A stretch of 64,000 nucleotides of DNA, from positions 22,049 to 86,048 of the forward strand of contig JANLFL010000001.1 in the NCBI GenBank assembly GCA_024655965.1, read 5' to 3'. A program made the translations under genes and the position numbers. The DNA comes from Caldisericota bacterium (GTDB lineage Bacteria > Caldisericota > JANLFM01). Below, piece by piece: positions 27,828-36,490 of this stretch (the stretch's first letter is position 1; each line of letters begins with the position of its first letter). The notes under the pieces were generated by a model. The model saw only the letters and a list, made by a program, of their open reading frames with translations, did not search any database and was not told the DNA's origin.

Positions 27828-28783
27828 TTCTTTCCTTCCTCCTTGCCTCCTCCCCAGAAGAAATCGGGGTCATCGAGACGATATTCGCCAAAGGCGGGTT
27901 TTTCGCCGATCTTCAATCCTGGCTGGAACTGGAATAAATCCAAAACTGTCTGGTTTGAAAAATACAGGAGGGACATCAAATCTACGCCCTCCGGGCAAGC
28001 TCTGGCACAAGATCCGCACTGGACGCATCTTCCGGCCAGATGATATACCCGGGTAAAAAGCCAAATCAGGTTATCCGGCCATTGGGGAACTGAATGAAGC
28101 CAGCGGGGCTCGGAGTTTTCCACAAAACAACTCTCGCAGTAACACATCGGGCAAGCCTGCCGGCAGCCGTAGCAACGAATACATTTCTCCGCTTCATTTT
28201 TAAAATAATTGAGCCTTTCACCCTCAGTAAGTCCCGCTAACTCCTCTACCCTCCTCTGAAGCGAACCTCTCCCCGGTTCCTTGGAATTGCCACTCACTTT
28301 TAAATCAAAAAAAACCGGATCAGGGAAAGGACATTCCAGGCAGCTTTCGGAAAGGTAGTCTTTCAAGGGAAGCTCTAAAATTTTGCCCTCTTTTTCCAGA
28401 AAAAAGCTCCCTTCCCCGGAGCCAATAAATTTGGCCCCTGAAAAAGAGGTCAAATTTTTCCTGTCGATCAACCCCTGGCAGGGAACCCCAACCACCGTCA
28501 GGTTTTCCCTTACGAGCTGCCCTTCGTTGATCAAAATCACCAGGGAACGGGAAACGCATCCCGGGGCCACGATCCCCACCTTTTTCCCTTTGAACCGGGG
28601 GAGGAGAGAGGCAAGGTTCAAGGAAGCGCTGGGATCCCACTTTAATTCCTTCAGGGATTCGAGGGAGGAAAAAACCGCAGGCCTTAAAAAACCGGAGGGG
28701 GACCTTTCATACCCCAGGAAGACGTCCAGTTTTTTCTCAGTGAATGCTTGCTCGCAAATTAAAACCAGATCATCGGTACTCAT
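27815..28783 (-). CDS. 4Fe-4S dicluster protein (FlxB/C-type)
   Basis: Motifs CIRCYGCRQACPMCYC and CVQCGSCARACP. Overlaps both neighbours. Confidence 0.6.
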   Translation of the reverse strand: MSTDDLVLICEQAFTEKKLDVFLGYERSPSGFLRPAVFSSLESLKELKWDPSASLNLASLLPRFKGKKVGIVAPGCVSRSLVILINEGQLVRENLTVVGVPCQGLIDRKNLTSFSGAKFIGSGEGSFFLEKEGKILELPLKDYLSESCLECPFPDPVFFDLKVSGNSKEPGRGSLQRRVEELAGLTEGERLNYFKNEAEKCIRCYGCRQACPMCYCESCFVENSEPRWLHSVPQWPDNLIWLFTRVYHLAGRCVQCGSCARACPEGVDLMSLLYFSNQTVLDLFQFQPGLKIGEKPAFGEYRLDDPDFFWGGGKEEGKKCCS

Positions 28784-29222
28784 TTAAAAACCTCACCAGG
28801 TCCTCTTTATTTCGGACGAACTCCAGGTTTCTCCCCGCTTCTTTAATTTCCGAGGTGAATTCCCGGATTAACTGGGCGAATTGGGCCCCTTCGCTGGCGG
28901 AAACCCAGGCCATTTTTAACCGGGCCGGGTTAATACCTAAAAACTCCAAAAGCTTCTTAAAAACCTCCAGGCGTCTTCTGGCAAAGTAATTTCCACTCTG
29001 GTAATGGCAATCTCCCGGGTGGCAGCCAGAAACAAGGACACCATCAGCCCCCTCGTAAAGAGCTTTCAGGATGAAGAGAGGGTTAATTCTTCCCGAGCAG
29101 GGAACCCTTATTACCCGGACATGAGGGGGGTATTGAAACCTGGAAACACCCGCAAGGTCAGCTCCAGCATAAGAACACCAGTTGCAGAGGAAGGCAATTA
29201 TTTTTGGTTCAAACTCGTTCAT
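28770..29222 (-). CDS. mvhD: MvhD/FlxD-type (methyl-viologen-reducing hydrogenase delta subunit) iron-sulfur protein
   Basis: Motifs FLCNWCSYAGADLAG, VRVIRVPCSGR and GADGVLVSGCHPGDCHY. Confidence 0.85.
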   Translation of the reverse strand: MNEFEPKIIAFLCNWCSYAGADLAGVSRFQYPPHVRVIRVPCSGRINPLFILKALYEGADGVLVSGCHPGDCHYQSGNYFARRRLEVFKKLLEFLGINPARLKMAWVSASEGAQFAQLIREFTSEIKEAGRNLEFVRNKEDLVRFLNEYR

Positions 29223-29231
29223 ATCCTCCTC

Positions 29232-32200
29232 CTAAATCTCCAAAATAGCCTCGAGGGCCTCGCTTATTTGCTGATTGGAGAATCCTTCAAGATCAATGGC
29301 ACTGGACCTGCATCCACCGGAACAGGCGCCGCACCCCTTGCAAAGCGAAGGGTTAACTTCCGCAACCCTTTTCAAAAGGCCCAAAACTTTCTTTTCAATT
29401 ACCTTGATCGCCCCGTAACTGCACAGGAGTTCGCAAAGGCCACATCCGGCACATACTCTTTCGTTTACCCGGGCAATTCTTCCTCCAGCTTCTATTCCTT
29501 CCTTTGAAAGAAGAACTGCCGCTTTTCCCGCAGCTGCCTTTGCCTGGGCGATTGATTCCTCGACGGTCCTGGGCGAATGAGCCAACCCAGCGAGAAATAC
29601 CCCATCCGTGGAAAATTCAACCGGCCGCAGTTTGGCGTGAGCTTCAAGGAAGAAACCGTCGGAATTCAACGGAACCTTGAAGAGTTTCGCCAACCTTTCA
29701 TTTTCCGGGTTGGAACGGATACCAACACTCAGGACAACCATGTCCGCAGGAATGTCAATCTTCCTCTGAAGGGCAACCTCCTTAAACCGGACCCGGAGAG
29801 TTCCATCCTGGTATACCTCGGGTGGTTCTTCCTCCTCGTAATTCAAGAAAAGGACTCCAGCCTCGCGGGCTTTGGTATACAAAGCCTCGTTCAATCCATA
29901 GGAACGAATGTCCCGATAAAGAACTATTACTTCTGTTTCGGGGCTCAATTCTTTAACCTTAATTGAGTTTTTCAAGGCTTCCTGGCAACAAACTCTGGAA
30001 CAATACGGGTGGTCCTCATCCCTTGAATCAACGCACTGAATGAAGATCAGGTTCTGGGGATTTCCTAAATTTCCGCTGGAGATTGCGCTTTCCAGTTCTC
30101 GCTGGGTGATCACCCCCTTCAGGGTCCCCCTTCCGAATTTAAAAGTGGGGATTTCTTCAGCACCCGTTGCAATTATCACAGCGCCGTGCTCGATTATCTC
30201 GCCGTTGGAGAGGGTTGTCTTGAAATTTCCAACGTAACCTTCAGAATTTTCCACCTGGACATTGGTGAAGACCTTAACTCTTTCATGGTTTTTCACCTTT
30301 TCCCTGAGCTCATCCAGAAATGGCTTGAAGGGGGAACCATCTTTTTTGAAAGCGATGTGGCGGGCATTGCCCCCCAACTCCGGTTCCTTTTCAACCAGAA
30401 CGACTTCGAATCCCTGGTCTGCAAGGCCAAGGGCCGCAGTCATTCCCGAAATCCCGCCCCCGATCACCAGCCCTCTCCGGGTTATGGGAAGAAGCTGGAC
30501 TTCAAGGGGGGAAAGCTCCACCGCCATTGCCACTGCGCTCTTTACCAGGTCCATAGCTTTCTTTGTAGCCCTCTCCGGCTCGAACTGGTGCACCCAGCTG
30601 TCCTGGTCTCGGATATTGGCCATCTGAAAGAGGAAACGGTTCAATCCTGCTTCCCTGATCGTCTCCTGAAAGAGAGCTTCATGGGTCCGGGGTGTGCAGG
30701 AGGCGACCACTACCCGATTTAAACCGTATTCCAGGATTTTTTCCTTAATCCTCTGCTGAGTGTCTTGAGAACAGGTGTAAAGGTTGCTCTCCGCATAGGC
30801 TACATAGGGGAGGTTTCGGGCAAACTCGGTCACTGCTTTTACATCGAGGAATCCAGCGATGTTTAAACCACAGTGACAGATGAAAACCCCCACCCTCGGC
30901 TTCTCGCTCCGGACATCAATTTCGGGAGGGAGTTCCTTCCGGGATATCTCTTTTCCTCTCTCCTGGGCAATTATCCTGGATGCTTCCTCTGCAGCGGAAC
31001 TTCCTTCGGTTACGGATTCAGGGATATCCTTGGGACCCGAGAAAGCCCCCGCAATGAAAACCCCTTCCTCCGGGGAAATGACAGGATCCAGGCCAGGACA
31101 ACGGGGGAATCCAGTTTCATCAAGGGTCAAACCGAATAATTCGCCCAGCTCCTCAGCACTTTTAGGAGGCTCCAAGCCCACGGAAAGGACCACCAGGTCA
31201 AAGATTTCCCTCTGAAGTTTTCCGTTCTCGTCCTCATATAAGAGAAGGAGCGAACCATCCTCCAGTTCCTCCACGCTGGAAACGCGGGAGCGAACGTATC
31301 TCACCCCGTACTCGGACTTCGCCCTCTCGATATATTTTTCAAAATCCTTACCGAAGGAACGAATGTCAATGTAGAAAATTGTGGCTTCCACTTCCCGGGA
31401 ATGCTCTTTGGCGATCACTGCTTCCTTGGTAGCGTACATGCAGCAAACCGAGGAGCAATAAGGATGAAACCGGTCACGGGAGCCAACACACTGGATAAAG
31501 GCGATTTTTTTGGGATGTTTTCCATCCCCGGGCCTTTGAATTACACCGGAAAAAGGTCCAGAGGCGGAAAGAATCCTCTCAAACTGGATGCTGGTCACCA
31601 CATTGGGGAACCTTCCCCAACCGTACTGGAAGTAGGAGGAGGGATCGAACTCGTCGAAACCAGGGGCCAGGACCACGCTTCCGACTTCCAGCACTTCCTC
31701 CACTGGTTTCATATCGTGCTCAATGGCTTTAGCCTCGCAGACCCTCACGCACTCCATGCACTCTGAGCAACCAGCGCAGTTCAAACACCGCTCGGCTTCC
31801 GATTTAATATCCTCCGGGGAAAGGCCAAGGTTCACCTCGGAAAAATCACCCTTCAAGGAGGGGGGGAGGCGAAACTGAGGGAGGGATCTATTTTTACTGA
31901 CAACCTTCTTTAAATCGACGTTGACTTTTCCCTCTAAGATTCCCTCCTCCTCTCTTCCTTCCCTGAGGTCTTCCCCCCTCAAGTAACGGTCAATTGAATT
32001 TGCCGCCTTCCTCCCCTGCGCCATTGACTCGATAAAGGTAGAGGGACCGAGGACAGCATCTCCTCCAGCGAAAACCCCGGAAATTCCAGTCTCCAGGGTT
32101 AAGGGGTCAGCCTTGATCAAGCCTTTTTCGGAGATGAGAGGAAGGTTTTCGACCTCTGGCTCCTGGCCGATTGCTGACACAATCAGGTCAAAAGTCAAAG

Positions 32201-33638
32201 TCTCCTGGGCTCCCGGGATGGGGACAGGGCGGGGACGGCCGGAGGAGTCAGGCTCGCCGAGCCTCATTCTTTGAATTGTCAGCTCGGCCCTCGAACCCGA
32301 TTGCTCAATCTTTAAAGGAGCGGAAAGGAACTGGAAGCGTACCCCTTCAAGTTCTGCTTCCTCAACCTCCTGGGGATCCGCTGGCATCTCGTTCCTTGTC
32401 CTCCGATAGATAACCCATACCTCCCCAGCTCCCAAGCGGAGAAGCGTTCGGGCAGCGTCAATAGCGGAATTACCTCCGCCGATCACTGCTGCTTTCCCCT
32501 CAAATTGGCGGGGGTTGATGCTGGCCTCCCTTAAGAAGGTCAAAGCATCGGTGACTTGAGGAAGATCTTCCCCCGGAACCCCCATCTTCTTGGACCTCCA
32601 GGCCCCAATGGCCACAAACAGTGCATCGAATTCCCGCTTTAACCGCTCAAAGTCCCCACTTCTAATCTCCGTGCTGGTATTGAACTCAACTCCCATGCGG
32701 GAAAGCAGGGACAGCTCGAAATCCAGAATTTCCCTGGGGAGCCTGTACGGAGGAATTCCATACCGGAGCATCCCTCCAATTTTGGGCATCTTCTCAAAAA
32801 CGGACACTTTATACCCTTTGAGGGAGAGGTCATAAGCTGCAAGGAGGCCTGCTGGTCCTGAACCGATTATTCCCACCTTCTTTCCGTTTAAGGGAGGAAC
32901 TTCAGGGGCCCACACCTCCCCTTCCTTGTATGCAAGGTCGGAGATGAAGCGTTTTAGGTAATCAATTGCCACGCTCTGATCGACATCTTTTCGGGTGCAG
33001 GACTTTTCGCAAGGACGGGTACAAATTCTCCCTGTGATCAAGGGGAAGGGGTTTTTCTCCCGAACCAGGGAAAGGGCTTCCCGGTACTTCCCTTTGGAAA
33101 TAAGCTGGATGTATCCTTGAGCGTTCACATGGAGGGGACAAGCACCCCGGCATGGGCTGATGCCAAGTTTGGTGATCCCGAAGGAACTGGGGACTGCTTG
33201 TTCATACAAGCGGAAAATAGCCCTTCTCTGGGAAAGCTTTTCTTCGTAATCGTTTGGCAGGAAAACGGGACATTCCTTAGCGCAATCGCCGCACCCTTTA
33301 CACTTTTCCAGGTCCACATAGCGAGGCTCCCTCAATACCGTTACCTTAAAGTGGGGAGCCTCCCCTTCCACCTTCAAGATCCTGGAGCGGGTGAGAAGTT
33401 CGATATTGGGGTTCGAACCAACCTCCACCAATTTGGGGGATAAAATGCACATGGAGCAGTCATTTGTGGGGAAGGTTTTATCGAGCTGGGCCATGGTTCC
33501 ACCGATTGCGTCCTTTGACTCCAAAAGGTAAACTTTGAAACCACCGGCGGCCAGGTCCAGGCTCGCTTGAATTCCCGCAACTCCTCCTCCGACGACCAAA
33601 ACCCTTCCGATGGGATTTTTATCCATCTGCATGATCAT
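29232..33638 (-). CDS. hdrA: giant HdrA-type flavoprotein: two tandem HdrA modules with an NfnB/GltD-like NAD(P)H module inserted in the first (HdrL-like)
   Basis: Module 1: VVGGGVAGIQASLDLA, TFPTNDCSMC, and CKGCGDCAKECP. An insertion at aa ~155-556 carries SPCRGACPLH, CTRPCEKSC, GSGPAGL and GGGNSAID. Module 1 then continues with CVGSRD..YCSSVCC. Module 2 from aa ~913: VFICHCGLNIAG, IGGGISGM, CVDSRD..YCSRVCC, and the C-terminal CAGCGLCELLC / CKGCGACSGGC. Confidence 0.8.
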   Translation of the reverse strand: MIMQMDKNPIGRVLVVGGGVAGIQASLDLAAGGFKVYLLESKDAIGGTMAQLDKTFPTNDCSMCILSPKLVEVGSNPNIELLTRSRILKVEGEAPHFKVTVLREPRYVDLEKCKGCGDCAKECPVFLPNDYEEKLSQRRAIFRLYEQAVPSSFGITKLGISPCRGACPLHVNAQGYIQLISKGKYREALSLVREKNPFPLITGRICTRPCEKSCTRKDVDQSVAIDYLKRFISDLAYKEGEVWAPEVPPLNGKKVGIIGSGPAGLLAAYDLSLKGYKVSVFEKMPKIGGMLRYGIPPYRLPREILDFELSLLSRMGVEFNTSTEIRSGDFERLKREFDALFVAIGAWRSKKMGVPGEDLPQVTDALTFLREASINPRQFEGKAAVIGGGNSAIDAARTLLRLGAGEVWVIYRRTRNEMPADPQEVEEAELEGVRFQFLSAPLKIEQSGSRAELTIQRMRLGEPDSSGRPRPVPIPGAQETLTFDLIVSAIGQEPEVENLPLISEKGLIKADPLTLETGISGVFAGGDAVLGPSTFIESMAQGRKAANSIDRYLRGEDLREGREEEGILEGKVNVDLKKVVSKNRSLPQFRLPPSLKGDFSEVNLGLSPEDIKSEAERCLNCAGCSECMECVRVCEAKAIEHDMKPVEEVLEVGSVVLAPGFDEFDPSSYFQYGWGRFPNVVTSIQFERILSASGPFSGVIQRPGDGKHPKKIAFIQCVGSRDRFHPYCSSVCCMYATKEAVIAKEHSREVEATIFYIDIRSFGKDFEKYIERAKSEYGVRYVRSRVSSVEELEDGSLLLLYEDENGKLQREIFDLVVLSVGLEPPKSAEELGELFGLTLDETGFPRCPGLDPVISPEEGVFIAGAFSGPKDIPESVTEGSSAAEEASRIIAQERGKEISRKELPPEIDVRSEKPRVGVFICHCGLNIAGFLDVKAVTEFARNLPYVAYAESNLYTCSQDTQQRIKEKILEYGLNRVVVASCTPRTHEALFQETIREAGLNRFLFQMANIRDQDSWVHQFEPERATKKAMDLVKSAVAMAVELSPLEVQLLPITRRGLVIGGGISGMTAALGLADQGFEVVLVEKEPELGGNARHIAFKKDGSPFKPFLDELREKVKNHERVKVFTNVQVENSEGYVGNFKTTLSNGEIIEHGAVIIATGAEEIPTFKFGRGTLKGVITQRELESAISSGNLGNPQNLIFIQCVDSRDEDHPYCSRVCCQEALKNSIKVKELSPETEVIVLYRDIRSYGLNEALYTKAREAGVLFLNYEEEEPPEVYQDGTLRVRFKEVALQRKIDIPADMVVLSVGIRSNPENERLAKLFKVPLNSDGFFLEAHAKLRPVEFSTDGVFLAGLAHSPRTVEESIAQAKAAAGKAAVLLSKEGIEAGGRIARVNERVCAGCGLCELLCSYGAIKVIEKKVLGLLKRVAEVNPSLCKGCGACSGGCRSSAIDLEGFSNQQISEALEAILEI

Positions 33639-34504
33639 CCCTCCAGTTTGGAAAAGAAGGAATCCATTTTTACCCGGTTAAGGTTGAATCCAAGCTCCTC
33701 CTTGGGAATTCCCAGGGCGAGCCCCAGAACCTGGGGGAGAAAAACCACCGGAAGATCAAGCGCTTCTCCCAGGGCTTTTTCCACCTTCTTCTGGTTCTGC
33801 TCGAACATGATGTCGCAAAAAGGGCAAATCAGGACCATGGCGTCAGAACCGGACTTCTTCGCCTCTTTCAAGGTCAGCCCGGCCATGCTCAGTGAAGTTT
33901 CCTCCTTGAAGCCGAGGACCGCCCCGCCGCAACAGGGATTTGCCTCCATCAGCACCTGGGCTCCGGTGGATTTCAAAAGTTCCCCCAGGGTATCCGGAAA
34001 CTCGGGATTATCGAATCCCTGGTAAATCCTGGAGGGACGGGCAAAATGACATCCAGTGTAAGGGAAGAGTTTCAAGGATTTTAGGTTTCGGGTAATTTTT
34101 TCCTTAATCTTTTCCTTGAACTCATCAAAGAGGAAACGAGCGGAGTGGCGCACCTCCACCGAGCCTGAGTAATTGTGGCCAATCTCCTTTAGAAGGGGTT
34201 GAAATTTCTCCCTGGTTCCCGGGTCCTCCTTCCAGAGAAAATTTGCTTCCGTTAGGTTTTCCGTGCAGGCATTACAAAGCGTGACAAGGTCCTGAATCCC
34301 CCTCTCCTCAGCGAGAGCGAGGTTGGTTAAGGCCATCAAGATTCCCGATTCCTCCTTGACGCTTTTTAAAGGAAAACCGCAGCAGAAGAATTCGGGGACA
34401 TCAATAATTTGGATGCCTAATTCCTGGGCAACCCTGCGAAACGCCTGTTCATAATTGATCGCCCGAACCGGGACCGTACAACCTAAAAAGAGTCCAATCC
34501 TCAT
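33635..34504 (-). CDS. hdrB: heterodisulfide reductase subunit B (two CCG domains)
   Basis: N-terminal LFLGCTVP and CCG motifs FFCCGFP and NPCCGGA. ATGA overlaps on both sides. Confidence 0.85.
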   Translation of the reverse strand: MRIGLFLGCTVPVRAINYEQAFRRVAQELGIQIIDVPEFFCCGFPLKSVKEESGILMALTNLALAEERGIQDLVTLCNACTENLTEANFLWKEDPGTREKFQPLLKEIGHNYSGSVEVRHSARFLFDEFKEKIKEKITRNLKSLKLFPYTGCHFARPSRIYQGFDNPEFPDTLGELLKSTGAQVLMEANPCCGGAVLGFKEETSLSMAGLTLKEAKKSGSDAMVLICPFCDIMFEQNQKKVEKALGEALDLPVVFLPQVLGLALGIPKEELGFNLNRVKMDSFFSKLEG

Positions 34505-35004
34505 TTTTCTCCCTTAAGGTTTAAAAGTTCAGCCACATCGAGGACTTTTAAGGCAAGCTCTTTCATCTCGGTTAGGGTTGGCACTCCCTGCTTTGCCCTC
34601 TTTTTATTCTCAAAATCCCCTATTTCATAAAGCCTGCCGTGAGCCTTTAACAGTTCAAGCTGGGCTTCGAGGCCCGGGGGAATTACCCCCTCTTTCACCG
34701 CAATGTTCTTCAAGGCAGTCATTAAATCGGTGATTCTCACGTCCTGTGGGCAGCGCTCAGAGCAAAGGTAACAGGCGGAACAGAGCCAGATAAAGGGCGA
34801 TTTCAGGACTTCTTCCTTTGCCCCGATGAGGGTAAGGCGAACGATCCTCCGGGGATTAAACTCCTCATCGACCACATGAACGGGGCAACTAAGAGTGCAG
34901 GTGGCGCAGGAAAAACAGCGAAATAACTTTTCCCCGCCTTTCTCCTTAATTACTTGATACTTGAATTTTAAATCCAGGTTTTTTTCAGTTAAGGTTTCTT
35001 CCAT
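34501..35004 (-). CDS. hdrC: heterodisulfide reductase subunit C (4Fe-4S dicluster)
   Basis: Motifs CFSCATCTLSCP and CSACYLCSERCP. Confidence 0.8.
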   Translation of the reverse strand: MEETLTEKNLDLKFKYQVIKEKGGEKLFRCFSCATCTLSCPVHVVDEEFNPRRIVRLTLIGAKEEVLKSPFIWLCSACYLCSERCPQDVRITDLMTALKNIAVKEGVIPPGLEAQLELLKAHGRLYEIGDFENKKRAKQGVPTLTEMKELALKVLDVAELLNLKGEK

Positions 35005-35019
35005 GATCCTCCTAACTTT

Positions 35020-36477
35020 TTAGGAGCGCGAAACCTCCTCAATTGTTTTTTGAAGAACTTTTTCCAAAAGTTCCGGGGGAATTGTTTTGATAAAGGATTC
35101 CTTGATTAAAAGTTCGGTCAAGTTCCGTGAGTAATCAATGTCCTCCTTAGCTTTGCGATAAGCCTCCTCCCTGGTCATCTGGACCCTGGAAACCCCATCT
35201 TTTACAGCTTGCTGAGCGACATCCGCCGCTTCATTGGGAAAAACACCCGGCTCCTCCATGGTTGCGATAATGTTATCCGGATTAATGCCCCTCTTTTCCG
35301 CAAAATCCGCAAGGGATTTTGCCGCGGCAATCGCCATGGCGTCAGTCACCTTCCGGGCCCTGACTAAAAGTGCGCCTTTAAGAATCCCCGGAAACCCGAG
35401 GGAATTATTGATCTGGTTGGGAAAGTCTCCCCTACCCGTTCCCACGATGTAGGCTCCGGCTTCCTTCGCCTCGTAGGGATAAATTTCGGGAACGGGGTTT
35501 GCGCAGACGAAAACGATGGACTTGGGAGCCATTAGTTTTATCCATTCAGGCTTTATCACTCCTGGCCCTGGCGTGGAGACTGAAATCAAGACATCCGCTC
35601 CCTTCATTGCCTCTTCCATGGTCTTGACCCCTTCAGGGTTGGTCTTCATACAAATTTCCCATTTGCGGTAGAAACGGGGATCGGCTTCCACATCCTTCCT
35701 TCTTTTATGAAGAGCCCCTCTGGAATCGAACATGATGCTCTTTTCCGGATCCGCTCCCGCGGCAACATTCAGACGCAGGCAGGTAGTGTTTGCAGCCCCC
35801 GCACCGAAATAGACAATTTTGACTTCCGAGAGCTTCTTGCCCACGATCTTCAAAGCATTGAGAAGCCCGGCCAGAGTAACGCAGGCGGTCCCCTGCTGGT
35901 CATCGTGCCAGACAGGAATATCGCATTCTTCCCTTAACACATCCAGGACTCGATAGCAGTTTGGCTGGCTGATGTCCTCAAGGTTAACTGCTCCAAAAGA
36001 AGGCTGGATTCTCTTCACCAGGTCGATTATTATTTCCGGGTCGTTTTCGCCCTTCTGGTTCCGGGAGTCAATGCAGAGAGCAACGGCGTCGATCCCTCCT
36101 AAATACTTCATGAGGAAAGCCTTCCCCTCCATCACCCCCAAACCACCGGGAGGGGTAACATCTCCGTCTCCCAGGACACGGGTCGAGTCGCTGACTACGG
36201 CGACAAGATTCCCCCTGTTGGAAAGTTCAAAGGACCTCTCATTATCGTCCCGGATAGTTGTGGAGATCTTGGAAACCCCCGGGGTGTACCAAACGTTAAA
36301 CCAGTTAAAACCGAAGACCCCGGCCTTCGGGATGGTTTGCATTTTTCCCCCGTAAAAGCGATGCCCCTCCAAAGCGAGGGTCTTGTAAAAAATGGTTTTT
36401 GCCTTAGCTACTTGAGCAGGGGTAAAGCTCTCGGGAAAACACTCCTCCAAATTGCTCAAATCCGATTTGAGTTTCAT
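35020..36477 (-). CDS. NAD(P)-dependent malic enzyme
   Basis: Motifs VVSDSTRVLGDGD, NLEDISQPNC and FGAGAAN. I choose ATG 36477 (aaggagag RBS, no overlap) over the upstream extension to 36519. Confidence 0.85.
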   Translation of the reverse strand: MKLKSDLSNLEECFPESFTPAQVAKAKTIFYKTLALEGHRFYGGKMQTIPKAGVFGFNWFNVWYTPGVSKISTTIRDDNERSFELSNRGNLVAVVSDSTRVLGDGDVTPPGGLGVMEGKAFLMKYLGGIDAVALCIDSRNQKGENDPEIIIDLVKRIQPSFGAVNLEDISQPNCYRVLDVLREECDIPVWHDDQQGTACVTLAGLLNALKIVGKKLSEVKIVYFGAGAANTTCLRLNVAAGADPEKSIMFDSRGALHKRRKDVEADPRFYRKWEICMKTNPEGVKTMEEAMKGADVLISVSTPGPGVIKPEWIKLMAPKSIVFVCANPVPEIYPYEAKEAGAYIVGTGRGDFPNQINNSLGFPGILKGALLVRARKVTDAMAIAAAKSLADFAEKRGINPDNIIATMEEPGVFPNEAADVAQQAVKDGVSRVQMTREEAYRKAKEDIDYSRNLTELLIKESFIKTIPPELLEKVLQKTIEEVSRS

Positions 36478-36490
36478 CTCCCTCTCCTTT

